Of a stretch of DNA of 64,000 nt, positions 16,913 to 27,115 are shown in pieces; position 1 is the stretch's first letter, and every line of letters starts with the position of its first letter. Origin of the DNA: Kiritimatiellia bacterium (GTDB lineage: Bacteria; Verrucomicrobiota; Kiritimatiellia; RFP12; UBA1067). The stretch is from positions 12,350 to 76,349 of the forward strand of contig JAFXEU010000044.1 in NCBI GenBank assembly GCA_017520845.1, written 5' to 3'. The position numbers were made by a program, and so were the translations under genes. The notes beneath the pieces were generated by a model. The model was given only the letters and a program-made list of their open reading frames with translations, made no database searches and was not told where the DNA came from.

Positions 16913-19900
16913 GACCTTAAACTCCTTCTCGGGCTCGTTCTGCGGCTCAGTCTGGAACCAGACCATCTCGACCGCAGGAGACGACTTTACAGCCTTATCG
17001 TCGCGGTTGCCGCGATAGATGAAGTTGATGGGCTCGAGCTTGCGGCAGGAATTGAACAATGGAGCTTTAACCCTGAAATTAAGTGTCTTGCTTTCGCCAT
17101 AAGCGGGAATGTTACCAACTGCAAGCTTCTCATTATCCCAAAACCAACCGGTATCGCAGAACCAGCCGTCGGGGAGACGAAGTTCGACTTCGCCGCCCTT
17201 GAGAGCCTTATCCGAAGGATTGAAGACCTTGACGCGATACGTGACGGTGTCGCCGGGCTTGTACCAGACGAGCGAATATGCGTCGCGCTTAGGCTTAACG
17301 GCCTCGACGGAGACGAACGGATCGATGTCGTTCAACGCGAGAGCGTTGACCCAACAGCGGAAGCTCGGCATGCGGAGCGTAAGCTCACGAGTATTCTCAT
17401 CGTAATGGAACGGAACCTTTACGATTTCGCGCGTGGAGTTGCGCGTAGCGAGAACCATCTTCGGAGCCTTGAATTCCTTGGGCATTTTGTACTTTACGCG
17501 GAAGGAATCCATCTGACCGCGGAGCTGCGAAACCATACCGAGCATCGCGTTACCCTTCTTGTCGACAAGCGGGGACTCGAAGCGCAGAGCGTACTTGCGA
17601 TCGTCCTTGATGTCTGTTTCGCAGATCTTCTCTGCACCGACCCACTCGGCCCACGCGTCGACGATGCGGTAAGGCGAGTTATCGGAGTGAGTATCGGTCC
17701 ACTCGAAGCGCGTGCAGCCGGCGCCGTACATCGTTCCGAGGTAACCGGCAAAGTAAGAAACCTTACCCTTACCCTCTTCGCGGACGGTCATGTAGGGGCG
17801 GCCGTTGTTCTCCTGAAGAACCTGGGTACCCTTGATGTTCTTGACTTCGTTGTATCCCATAGCCGAGACCATCGTCTTGACGAGCTTCTTGGAAATCGGG
17901 TGCTCGGAACCGGGAGCGTCCTTGATTTCGCAGGAAGTCTTGTAAAGCTCGTCGCGGTCGATCACGTCGAACGCATAGGCGGAATAACCGAAGGAGAGTC
18001 TCTCGGCGGCGTTCTCGTCGACCTTCTTCTTCTGGACGGGCTGGATGCCGAGGAACTTGGTGAAATAGTCGGTCGGATAACCGTGACCGTCGAGCGAGCC
18101 GGACTGGGCGTCGGCGAGAATCGAGCCGCCGTCTTTGACGACCCAATCGACGACCTTCTTCTGGACGTCGCTGGGAATGTAGCTGGCGTCGACAAAGACG
18201 ATGGCCTGAAGGCTCTTGAGCCAATCGCCGCCCTCGCGGATCTGGCGGTCGGTGACGAACGTCACGTCGTAGCCGTTGGCGTGGAAGAGCTCGTAAACGC
18301 GGAAGAAGTTGTCGGGACCGCAGTCGAAGATCGAGGCGTAGGGCTTCTCGGTCATGAGGTGGCTGACGGCCGAGTAATAGATCGCGATCGGCTTGACGGC
18401 GCGGCGGCGCTCGGTCTCGGAGATGAGATATTCCATCTGATAGATGGCGCGCATGTTGTCGGAGAACGCGGCGATCTTCGGACGGGGCGTCGCGCCGTTG
18501 AACATATCGGTCATACCGAACTTCGAAAGTTCGCCGACGTTCGCTTCCTGGACGCAGAAGCAGGCCTGACCGGGCATGCCTTTGGCGATATTGTGCCACT
18601 GCGAACGCGACTGAAGCTCGGGCGAGGCGCCGTGGATCGCGCCCTCGCGGATCATCGGACGGAGTTTGCCGTCGCCGAAAGCGTAGTAAAGTTCCCACGT
18701 CGCGCCGTAAAGGTCGTCGGTGCCGTAGTTGTCGTAACCGATCATGTCGGAGCCCTTCTGGGTAATCTGGCACGTATCTTCGAAGTTCAAGGGGCGCCAG
18801 TGCATCCACATGACCGACGAGAGGTTGTTGGCGGAGAGATTGGACGTGATGTGGGTGCGCTTAGGATCCATTTCGCGATATGCGCGGGTCTTCTGGTAAA
18901 TGCGCGTAGCGTACGCCTTGGAGCAGAAATCGCGGAAATCGATGAAGTTGGCTACAGCGCGATGCCACTCGACGGGATTCGTGAAGCGCTCGTTGCCGTA
19001 GATGTTCTTCCAATAGGAAGGCTTGATCTCTTCGAACGACTTGTATTCGGTGCGCCATTCCTTGTTGAGACCCTCGATCGTACCGTAGAGTTTCTTAAGA
19101 TATTTGCGGTAGCCCTCGCAGCTCGTGGGACCGTAGTCGTACATGCCGCACTGTTCCCAAGCCGTCCACCAGGCCCAAATCTTATCGGCGCCGGGGTGCT
19201 CCTTGAGGAGCTTGGCGACTCTGACCTTGTTGGTCTCGTAGCACATATCGAGAAATTCCTGGAACGAATCCGAGAAATCCTTGGCCCAAGATCCGTCGGA
19301 GCGCTGAGCGCGGCCGATCGGCTCGTTGCCGGGACCGATGGGCTTGGAGGGATCGAAAGGATACTTTTGGGCAAGAATCTTGGAGTTGGCGCCCGACGAA
19401 TCCACATTGCCGCGGAAAGACGCGCCGTAGTAGATGGAGCCGGATTCGAAAGCGTTGAGATTGCCGATCTTCCAGCCCGTCTTTGGATCTTCGTAAGTGC
19501 CGCACCAGAGACCGTCGGTCGCGCCGTACTTAAGATAACGTACGGGATCCATAAACCAGCTGTAGCACTCCATAAACTGGTTCGGGGGGCGCTTGGTCGG
19601 ATCTTCGATCGAAGAGTTGAGCATTACGTGAGGCTTATGGTGAGTAGCCGCCTTGAATCCTTTGGGAACAACGGCCTTGAACTCGACATCGGACTCTTTG
19701 ATCGGACCTTTCGAAGGATCAGCCTTGGGGTCGTTCGTCGCCCAGCACTCGGCAACGGCGAAAATGTTGCTTCCGATATCCATGCCGCGCTGAACATAGC
19801 GGGTGTTGCGGCTTAAGTTGACGATGTACTTGCCGGGATACTCGATACCGACGGTAACTTTCGACCAGACCCAGCCCTGGGGCTTGCCGGAGCGGAACTT

Positions 19901-20458
19901 GCGCCCGGGAGCGTCCTTGTCGGTCCACATATCGGCGATGCGGTCGATGAGAGTGTAGTTCACGCATTCGGTATTGGGATTGCGGAGAAGGAACTCAAGC
20001 GCCGTATGCATATCTTCATTGCGCCAGTGCTTGATCCAGAACGTGTAATTGCCGGCGCGCTTGATTTCTACCGGGAATTCGAGACGCTGATTGTAAACAC
20101 CGGTCTTGGGGATCTTAAGACCGACCGTATCCGTAGGTTCGACGACCATCTTGCGGATAGCCTTGCGGGGGCGCCACGGCGAGCGCTTCTTGGGATCGGC
20201 TTTATCCCACGCTTCCTGGCGTTCCTTCAAATCGGCATCAAGCTTGGCGCAACGCGCTTCTTCTCTAAGCTGAGCCTCGGGCCATACGAGATTATGATTA
20301 ACAAACGGAATCTTGTTTTTAGCCATTCCATTCGTCGTCGCGGTATATTTAGCGAGCACCTCATCCACATTGGAGATCCGTACCGTCTGGTACTGACCTG
20401 CAAAGAGATTCGCGGCTCCCATTGTAGCCGCTAAAGCGGCGAGCAGTTTTACGTTCAT
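16907..20458 (-). CDS. Large secreted glycoside-hydrolase-like protein (GH42 beta-galactosidase-like central region)
   Basis: Signal peptide MNVKLLAALAATMGAANLFA. The segment CEGYRKYLKKLYGTIEGLNKEWRTEYKSFEEI and the later IVFVDASYIP...GGSILA resemble the GH42 catalytic and trimerisation regions. I prefer the ATG at 20458, with GAGGAG upstream. Confidence 0.55.
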   Translation of the reverse strand: MNVKLLAALAATMGAANLFAGQYQTVRISNVDEVLAKYTATTNGMAKNKIPFVNHNLVWPEAQLREEARCAKLDADLKERQEAWDKADPKKRSPWRPRKAIRKMVVEPTDTVGLKIPKTGVYNQRLEFPVEIKRAGNYTFWIKHWRNEDMHTALEFLLRNPNTECVNYTLIDRIADMWTDKDAPGRKFRSGKPQGWVWSKVTVGIEYPGKYIVNLSRNTRYVQRGMDIGSNIFAVAECWATNDPKADPSKGPIKESDVEFKAVVPKGFKAATHHKPHVMLNSSIEDPTKRPPNQFMECYSWFMDPVRYLKYGATDGLWCGTYEDPKTGWKIGNLNAFESGSIYYGASFRGNVDSSGANSKILAQKYPFDPSKPIGPGNEPIGRAQRSDGSWAKDFSDSFQEFLDMCYETNKVRVAKLLKEHPGADKIWAWWTAWEQCGMYDYGPTSCEGYRKYLKKLYGTIEGLNKEWRTEYKSFEEIKPSYWKNIYGNERFTNPVEWHRAVANFIDFRDFCSKAYATRIYQKTRAYREMDPKRTHITSNLSANNLSSVMWMHWRPLNFEDTCQITQKGSDMIGYDNYGTDDLYGATWELYYAFGDGKLRPMIREGAIHGASPELQSRSQWHNIAKGMPGQACFCVQEANVGELSKFGMTDMFNGATPRPKIAAFSDNMRAIYQMEYLISETERRRAVKPIAIYYSAVSHLMTEKPYASIFDCGPDNFFRVYELFHANGYDVTFVTDRQIREGGDWLKSLQAIVFVDASYIPSDVQKKVVDWVVKDGGSILADAQSGSLDGHGYPTDYFTKFLGIQPVQKKKVDENAAERLSFGYSAYAFDVIDRDELYKTSCEIKDAPGSEHPISKKLVKTMVSAMGYNEVKNIKGTQVLQENNGRPYMTVREEGKGKVSYFAGYLGTMYGAGCTRFEWTDTHSDNSPYRIVDAWAEWVGAEKICETDIKDDRKYALRFESPLVDKKGNAMLGMVSQLRGQMDSFRVKYKMPKEFKAPKMVLATRNSTREIVKVPFHYDENTRELTLRMPSFRCWVNALALNDIDPFVSVEAVKPKRDAYSLVWYKPGDTVTYRVKVFNPSDKALKGGEVELRLPDGWFCDTGWFWDNEKLAVGNIPAYGESKTLNFRVKAPLFNSCRKLEPINFIYRGNRDDKAVKSSPAVEMVWFQTEPQNEPEKEFKVK

Positions 20459-20487
20459 TTTTTCTCCTCGGTTAAAAATATCTGTAC

Positions 20488-20516
20488 AATATACACCATC
20501 CACCGCCAAATTTCAA
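20488..20516 (-). promoter_or_regulatory. Sigma70-like promoter for the GH42-like gene
   Basis: Minus strand: TTGAAA, 17 nt spacer, TATATT, about 30 nt upstream of the ATG. Confidence 0.4.
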
Positions 20517-20567
20517 TCCTGTCAAGACCTGAAACAGGGCTCCACCATTCCTGATTTGCACAAGGGT

Positions 20568-22169
20568 CTATTTGATTTGTGTACGACGATTGACGGCTTC
20601 AACCGCCAGCTCCGCAAAAGGAATCTTGTCGCGAGGATGGACATCGCGCATATCGCCCAATCCCGCCGCGAACGTATCGACAAAAATCGCGCCCTTCTCC
20701 TTAGCAACCTTCTTCTGAACTTCGCGATACTGCTCCCACGGACGATTCATTTTCGGAAGGCCGATCATCACGAACGGAATGCCGTAACCGCCGCGCAACT
20801 CGTCAACGACTGCGCGAAGCGTCTCCTCTTGATAATCGCGCGGAGTCGGCACATCGGGCTTAACGCACGTTGTCGCATTGGACTCACCCTGATACCAGAG
20901 AACTCCGGTAATCGGATAACGGCGCCTGCGAATCTCTTTTACCCCGTTATCGTACATCTTCGACACAGGCCACCAATAAGCCTCGCTTTTATTTCCGCGG
21001 CGGCGCGGATATTCTCTCGCCACCCACGCGCATGGAAAATCCCTGTTCTTATCCAATCTGCGTCGATTGGTCGCTATTGCGGCCAACTTCGGATAAATGG
21101 GCTTACCGTTACCATCAACGGCGCACATCGTCGACTCCGAAAGGAACGATTCCGTCGGCGCTCCGCCCGCCGCTACATAAAGCATATAAATTTTCTTTTT
21201 GGTCTGCTCGGCCCTGCGGATCGCGAAGCTGACGCCGAATGCGGATTTATCGAGAGCGTTTTGCGGCGTAAGCCTAATCGTCTTTCCAGTATTAAAATCC
21301 CAAAAATAAACATCAACTTTTTTAAGCCTCTCCATCTCGCTTTTCACACGCGCCTTTTCGGCGGCTGTCGCGTTAAACTCGCCCCACCCCTTCTGCATAT
21401 TAGACTGCCCTGCGCAAAGCCAGTACTCACAATTAAAAACATCCCAGCGGGCATACTTCTTGACCTTAGGAGGCTCCATCATCGCTTTTAATGTCGCCTC
21501 GGCGATAATCTTAGCGCCCCTTTTGTCGGGATGGATTTTATCTTTCGCCAAAACTTCATCAATCACTTCCCGAAGCGGCTCTTGCATATCAATGCCGATC
21601 GCATCGGTCGTCTCCGCGACACTCTCCAAATCCTTTTGCATGAGGAAAGGCTCTGGACTGCGGTAAAATTTTTGGCCTTCGGCGAGCGGGGAAAGCTTCG
21701 TCCAAATGTAAAAACGAACGCTTTTATTAACCTTTTTATAATCTCTTAGAAGATCACGGTAATCACCCGCGAACTGTCCGCGCTTGCGAGCTCCGGTATA
21801 TTCCTTGATATATTCTCCGCAATCGTTTATACCGAGATTCGATATTACAATATCGGGTTTCCATACTAAAGCCGCCTTATGTTCCTTCATCCACCTGAAG
21901 CCGCGCTTCTCCCGACCACGCATCGAATCGAGATATATGCCGCGCCCGGAATTGCCGAAATTCCTAACTTCGTATTTACCAGGCTGTTTGGCATCAAGAA
22001 GTTTCTGCAACTGCGCGGGATAGGAATCGTTGGGGCGATCGGCGATTCCATAACCGAACGTTATTGAATCGCCGATACAGGCAACCTTGATTTTCGCCGC
22101 AGAAACCTCAAAGGCAAAAATCACAAACAATGCCGCAAGCGCTCTATTTAATGATATTCCTCTAATCAT
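20568..22169 (-). CDS. Two-domain sialate O-acetylesterase (SGNH/GDSL domain + SASA/DUF303-type domain)
   Basis: Signal peptide, then ACIGDSITFGYG (GDS block of SGNH hydrolases). The C-terminal half has CAGQSNMQKGW, typical of sialate 9-O-acetylesterases. Confidence 0.75.
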   Translation of the reverse strand: MIRGISLNRALAALFVIFAFEVSAAKIKVACIGDSITFGYGIADRPNDSYPAQLQKLLDAKQPGKYEVRNFGNSGRGIYLDSMRGREKRGFRWMKEHKAALVWKPDIVISNLGINDCGEYIKEYTGARKRGQFAGDYRDLLRDYKKVNKSVRFYIWTKLSPLAEGQKFYRSPEPFLMQKDLESVAETTDAIGIDMQEPLREVIDEVLAKDKIHPDKRGAKIIAEATLKAMMEPPKVKKYARWDVFNCEYWLCAGQSNMQKGWGEFNATAAEKARVKSEMERLKKVDVYFWDFNTGKTIRLTPQNALDKSAFGVSFAIRRAEQTKKKIYMLYVAAGGAPTESFLSESTMCAVDGNGKPIYPKLAAIATNRRRLDKNRDFPCAWVAREYPRRRGNKSEAYWWPVSKMYDNGVKEIRRRRYPITGVLWYQGESNATTCVKPDVPTPRDYQEETLRAVVDELRGGYGIPFVMIGLPKMNRPWEQYREVQKKVAKEKGAIFVDTFAAGLGDMRDVHPRDKIPFAELAVEAVNRRTQIK

Positions 22170-22209
22170 ATCTGATACTCCTTATCGAAATTTCGCAACC
22201 TAGAACCCA

Positions 22210-23580
22210 CTAGTTTAGAATAGCCGTAGAAAGAAGATTTATCCATTTATCAAGCGTGGAACGAGTATCCGTTTCAACTATCAGCCTTAAATACGGCTCT
22301 GTATTTGATTTGCGGATATTTATCCACCCCGTTGCATATTCGATTCTTACTCCGTCCATTTCACTGCGAGAAAGCTCGGTTGGCAGTTCGCGGGAAGCGA
22401 CATCCAGCGCTCTTGCAATCGCAGCATCCTTGTCGTCGACCTTGAAATTAAGCTCTCCGGAATTGGCATAGCGCGAATTGACCTTGGCGACCATTGCGCT
22501 CGCGCTCTTGCCTTCTGCCGACGCCTCCGCGACACACTGAAGAATGCGAAGCGCCGCCAATACTCCGGAATCGCATCCGAAAAACTCCTTGAAATAATAA
22601 TGGCCCGCGAGCTCACCTCCGCAAACCGCGCCCGTTTCCCTTAAAATCGGCTTCGCGAAAGCGTGTCCGACGGGAACCATAACGCCTTTGCAGCCCATCT
22701 CCGCGAGAGTTTCTATCGCGCCTCGACTCGTTCTTACGTCATAGATGACGCTCTGCGCTTCAGGATTTATCCCGAGCGAAGAGATTGTCGCCTCCGCGAC
22801 GAAAGGCGTAAGATAATCGGGCTGAATAAATTCGCCGCGCTCATCTACAAACATCGCCCTGTCGGCGTCGCCGTCGAAGATTATTCCGAAGTCGAGCGAC
22901 TTTTCACGGACAAGACGCGCGAGCTGTTCACGCGCATCTGCTTTAAGCGGATTTGGAGAATGATTAGGAAATCTCCCGTCGAGAACATCGTTTATAACGA
23001 CAGCGCCGGGGAAAAGCTCATGCACTAAAAGCGATGACATGCCGTTCGAACAGTCAACGGCATATTTAAGTGAAGAAGGAATCGCACCGCCGCGCGAGCG
23101 CATCCACTCGACATAGCGCTTCAAATACTGTGAATTGTCTGCGGGATCTGTCGGCGACGGCTTATACGCTTTACGGTCCGTTCCGGACAAACGCTCCATA
23201 ACGAGCGACTCGACCTTATCCAATCCGTCGGCGTAACCTACAGGAAGAGCTCCCTTTTTAGAAACCTTAAGGCCGTTGTCAGTGGGAGGATTATGCGAGG
23301 CCGTAACCATGACGGAGCCGTCGAAACCGTCCTCTGCCGTGAAGAAATAAACCATCGGAGTCGTGCAAAGCCCGATATCCGTCACTTCCGCACCAGCCTC
23401 GCGCAAACCTTCAATAAGCGCATCATGGACATCTGCGCTCGTTACTCGGCAATCGCGCCCGACGAGCCAGCGCTTTCCGCCGACAACCTCCACAAGCGCT
23501 TTACCGACCTCGTAAACGGTCGCGAGATCAAAATCTGCGCCGTAGGTTCCGCGCATATCGTAAGCCTTAAAAAATCCCAT
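22210..23580 (-). CDS. Phosphomannomutase/phosphoglucomutase
   Basis: VMVTASHNPPTDNGLK (active-site Ser) and FDGDADR metal loop. I prefer the ATG at 23580 (MGFFKAYDMRG), with AAAGGAG upstream. Confidence 0.85.
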   Translation of the reverse strand: MGFFKAYDMRGTYGADFDLATVYEVGKALVEVVGGKRWLVGRDCRVTSADVHDALIEGLREAGAEVTDIGLCTTPMVYFFTAEDGFDGSVMVTASHNPPTDNGLKVSKKGALPVGYADGLDKVESLVMERLSGTDRKAYKPSPTDPADNSQYLKRYVEWMRSRGGAIPSSLKYAVDCSNGMSSLLVHELFPGAVVINDVLDGRFPNHSPNPLKADAREQLARLVREKSLDFGIIFDGDADRAMFVDERGEFIQPDYLTPFVAEATISSLGINPEAQSVIYDVRTSRGAIETLAEMGCKGVMVPVGHAFAKPILRETGAVCGGELAGHYYFKEFFGCDSGVLAALRILQCVAEASAEGKSASAMVAKVNSRYANSGELNFKVDDKDAAIARALDVASRELPTELSRSEMDGVRIEYATGWINIRKSNTEPYLRLIVETDTRSTLDKWINLLSTAILN

Positions 23581-23606
23581 TTTAAGTCTCCTTTCAGTTT
23601 TAAATT

Positions 23607-24584
23607 TTATTTTGCGGCCGCTTCGACGATCCAATGCGGCATCGGCGGCGGCACAACGCGCGTCTCAAGAGGCTCAAAACCCGCCTCAGCCATCCACGAC
23701 TTTAATTCCGCGTCGGAAAACACCCAGCCGTTTTCAGTTGTAAGAGCCATATTAACCGCAAACAAGGCGGAAAACTTCGGGCTCGTATGCGTTTCATCGG
23801 TCATCAGATCCAAAACAAAAAGCCTGCCGCCCTTTTTGAGCGCACGGCGCGCGCGCTTTAAGATATCGACAATGTCGTCGGGCGACTCCTGATGCAACGC
23901 CCCGAAAATCGTAACATAATCATACGCACCCGTCTCATACTCGTCGCTGTGATAATCACCGGCGCGACACTCGACACGTGACGAGAGAGCGAACTTCGCG
24001 ACGTATCCCGCCGCTTCCGCACTGATCGCCGGAAGATCGACGGTAACGCAATTTAAATTTTCATTCGCCTGAGCAAGCAGTATCGCATACGCGCCCGGCC
24101 CGCCCGCGAGATCAAGAAGCCGCCCGCTCATTTTAGGGAGCATAGGTACGACGCTCCTGCCTATCCCCATCGCACGGCCGAACATCGCGGCGGCAAACGC
24201 CTTAGTACGCGCCTCATCCGCTCCAAGATGAATCTCGGGGCTTTCGACAGGTTTTCCAGTGCGGGCGAATTCGGACAGCTTTCCCCAGGCAGGATAAACA
24301 TCGCGGTTGTAACGGATGGCCTTCGTCAAATCAGCCTTGCCGCCGGGAACGAGAGCTTCGCGCGACGCAGGAGTGTTGAAATACCTTCCGTCCTTTTTCT
24401 CCAACAGACCTTCGGCGACGCAGGCGTCGGCCAAAAGCCGCATACCGCGCTCCGACGCGTCGAAAGAGCCAGACTCTATCTTCGCGAAAACATCGCAATC
24501 CAAAGCCGCGAAAAGAACGCAGCTTCCGTAATATGCGCTGGCGAGATCGACAATTTCTTGAATGTTTTTAACGTTCATATTCAT
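23607..24584 (-). CDS. Class I SAM-dependent O-methyltransferase (dimerisation domain + MT domain)
   Basis: LLDLAGGPGAYA (motif I) with an N-terminal winged-helix-like dimerisation region. Confidence 0.7.
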   Translation of the reverse strand: MNMNVKNIQEIVDLASAYYGSCVLFAALDCDVFAKIESGSFDASERGMRLLADACVAEGLLEKKDGRYFNTPASREALVPGGKADLTKAIRYNRDVYPAWGKLSEFARTGKPVESPEIHLGADEARTKAFAAAMFGRAMGIGRSVVPMLPKMSGRLLDLAGGPGAYAILLAQANENLNCVTVDLPAISAEAAGYVAKFALSSRVECRAGDYHSDEYETGAYDYVTIFGALHQESPDDIVDILKRARRALKKGGRLFVLDLMTDETHTSPKFSALFAVNMALTTENGWVFSDAELKSWMAEAGFEPLETRVVPPPMPHWIVEAAAK

Positions 24585-24606
24585 AAATTTCCCGGAATTT
24601 TACCTG

Positions 24607-27012
24607 TCAGGGCTTAACGCGGCGGGTCGCTACGGCCGTAAAAGGATCTTCAGGCCAATAATGCTTAGGGTATCGCCCGCGCATATCCTTGCGTACGAGC
24701 GGATAGCCCTCTTTCCAGAAAAACGCGAGATCCTTCGTTATCTGTATCGGACGCTGCGCGGGCGATAAAAGCGTCATGACGACCGGCACTCTCCCGCCCA
24801 GAACCTTCGGCGTTTCAAGAAGCCCGAAGCATTCCTGAAGTCTTACTTCCACGGTAGGCTCATCGCCTTCGTAATGAACAAGCATGTGACTGCCGCTCGG
24901 AACTTCGAGGCGCTGCGGCGCAAGACGGTCAAGCTCGCGCCTGTCATGACCTGATTCGAGAAGGATAAAATCGATCACGGCGAAAAGATCAATCTTCTCA
25001 AGATCCTTCCACTTCGAAACAGCGCCCACGAAACCTTCAAGACCGCGGAGAATGGTCTCGTCGATAAGTTCCGGCCATGTCGAATCGTTTTCGTGAACAT
25101 GACGAAAAACGAAATTTACGCGCTCTTTAAGCTGCATGGACTCTTTAGTCCAGCAGGGCATATTCTCAACGCCCTTAAACCTGATTCCGTCGATGACAGC
25201 GCGCACCGCCTCTTCGCTTCCGGCCTTCTTCAACGGCTTTTCATTGAGCGAGACCGATCCGAGCATCCTACACGCAACAGCTTTGACCGAATCCGTGCGG
25301 CGATCCCATTCGCAGACTTCCTTTTCAGTTATGAAATCCGCAAACATCTCCTCAACCTCTTCTCGCCCGACGGGGGATGCCAAAAAAATTTTCGCGTTGC
25401 CAAGTCTGTCATCAAGTTCGCAGCAGACGATAAACTCCGCCTTCGCCAGCGGATCGGAACTCTCCAAAGTTGCGCCGCGTCCGGAAACCATGACGAAACT
25501 TCCGTTGCCGCGGTTTTTGGCGACCCTGTCGGGATAGGCGAGCGCTAGTGACGCGCCCTCGCTCATCCGCTTCGCCGTACGAGAAGAATCGGAAACGAAC
25601 CGTTCGAATCTTTTTGAAAGCTGTATCGCCCGCCGCGCAAAAGGCCTGTTCGGCAGCTCTCTGATTTCATCAAGAATCTTTCTTATATCGGTTTCACGCG
25701 TCTTGACGCCCTCCTCGATTATCGCGGCTAAAAGCGCAACGTCCGTCGAACGCGAACCGAGCAGCATGTTCGCGAGACGAGGATGCATCGGCATGCGCGA
25801 CATTCTCTCGCCTTTCTCCGTAAGTCGGCCGGAATCGTTCAGCGCGCCCAGCTGTTTCAGAAGGCCCGTCGCCTGTTCCCATGCGCTCGCGGCGGGAGGC
25901 GTCAGCCAAGGCAGGTCCCCGCGCGAAACCGCTCCCCATGAAACGCTGGTGAGAACGAGAGAGCACAGATCTGCGTCTAAAATTTCCGGTGTCATCTTGG
26001 CAGGACGCGCAGCCTCGGCGCCCTCTTCCCAAAGACGGTAGCATACACCGGCCTGAACGCGACCGGCACGGCCTCTTCGCTGTTCGGCGCGGTCGAGAGA
26101 GAGAGGAAGAGTTACAAGTTCGGTCATGCCCGTACCGGGTGAAAATCTTGGAACGCGCATTAGCCCGGAATCGATTACGCAAACTATACCGGGTATCGTA
26201 AGAGATGTTTCGGCGATTGATGTCGCGAGAATGACCTTGCGGCGGCAGGACGGTTCAAAAACCCTATCCTGTTCTTCCTTAGGAAGACTTCCGTAGAGCG
26301 GGAGAATGTCGATATCGCTGAGATAATCAAGCGATTCCGCGGCACGGCGGATTTCACCCTCTCCCGGGAGAAAAACGAGAATATCTCCTTCTGTTTCCTT
26401 TATCGCGCGCGATACGGCGCCGGAAACAGTCATATCGCCCAGATAGCGGGTTTCTACCGGGAACATGCGGCCTTCGGCATGAACAACCTCTGCGTCACGG
26501 AGATGAGTGGAAACCTCATCCGCGTCCAAGGTCGCCGACATTACCATTAGTCTCAGATCCGGCCTTAAAGCGCGGCGGACTTCGAGCGCGAGCGCGAAAC
26601 TCAGATCGCACGCGAGGGAACGCTCATGAAATTCATCAAAAATAACAAGCCCGACATCGGACAGTTCAGGATCGGAGATAAGACGCTGTGTCAAAAGACC
26701 TTCAGTCAAAATCTCTAGACGTGTGGACGAAGAGATTTTCCGCTCGAGCCTGACCTGATAACCGACAAGTCCGCCGACGGACGTACCGAGCTTTGACGCG
26801 ATATACGAAGCCGAAGAGCGTGCGGCGAGCCTGCGCGGCTCGAGCATGATGATCTTTTTGCCTTCCAGCCACGGCTCATTTAAAAGCGCGGCCGGAACAC
26901 ATGTCGTCTTTCCGCTCCCGGGGGGTGCGGTCAAGACGAGAGATTTATTGTCGGCAAGCGCACTTTTTATCTCTTCTAATTTCTCTTCGACGGGAAAATT
27001 CAATTTATTCAC
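24607..27012 (-). CDS. hrpB: ATP-dependent RNA helicase HrpB (DEAH box)
   Basis: APPGSGKTT, DEFHERS, SATL and the QRRGRAGR helicase motifs. 801 aa, with the HrpB C-terminal domain. GTG start. Confidence 0.85.
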   Translation of the reverse strand: MNKLNFPVEEKLEEIKSALADNKSLVLTAPPGSGKTTCVPAALLNEPWLEGKKIIMLEPRRLAARSSASYIASKLGTSVGGLVGYQVRLERKISSSTRLEILTEGLLTQRLISDPELSDVGLVIFDEFHERSLACDLSFALALEVRRALRPDLRLMVMSATLDADEVSTHLRDAEVVHAEGRMFPVETRYLGDMTVSGAVSRAIKETEGDILVFLPGEGEIRRAAESLDYLSDIDILPLYGSLPKEEQDRVFEPSCRRKVILATSIAETSLTIPGIVCVIDSGLMRVPRFSPGTGMTELVTLPLSLDRAEQRRGRAGRVQAGVCYRLWEEGAEAARPAKMTPEILDADLCSLVLTSVSWGAVSRGDLPWLTPPAASAWEQATGLLKQLGALNDSGRLTEKGERMSRMPMHPRLANMLLGSRSTDVALLAAIIEEGVKTRETDIRKILDEIRELPNRPFARRAIQLSKRFERFVSDSSRTAKRMSEGASLALAYPDRVAKNRGNGSFVMVSGRGATLESSDPLAKAEFIVCCELDDRLGNAKIFLASPVGREEVEEMFADFITEKEVCEWDRRTDSVKAVACRMLGSVSLNEKPLKKAGSEEAVRAVIDGIRFKGVENMPCWTKESMQLKERVNFVFRHVHENDSTWPELIDETILRGLEGFVGAVSKWKDLEKIDLFAVIDFILLESGHDRRELDRLAPQRLEVPSGSHMLVHYEGDEPTVEVRLQECFGLLETPKVLGGRVPVVMTLLSPAQRPIQITKDLAFFWKEGYPLVRKDMRGRYPKHYWPEDPFTAVATRRVKP

Positions 27013-27115
27013 CCTTAGCTGCAGACGAGCGTAATTCTCTATACAGCACAGTCTGGCCTACTCCGATATAAAAAGCCGTTAATATCGAGAGTATTTGATT
27101 TCATATTTTAACCTG

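Noticed and set aside
17405-19816. 803-aa plus-strand ORF antisense to the GH42-like gene
   Set aside because: Its composition (Gly/Arg/Val/Ala/Asp/Leu-rich, no recognisable motifs) is typical of the stop-free antisense frame of a GC3-rich gene. The minus-strand ORF has a signal peptide, an SD and family-like motifs.
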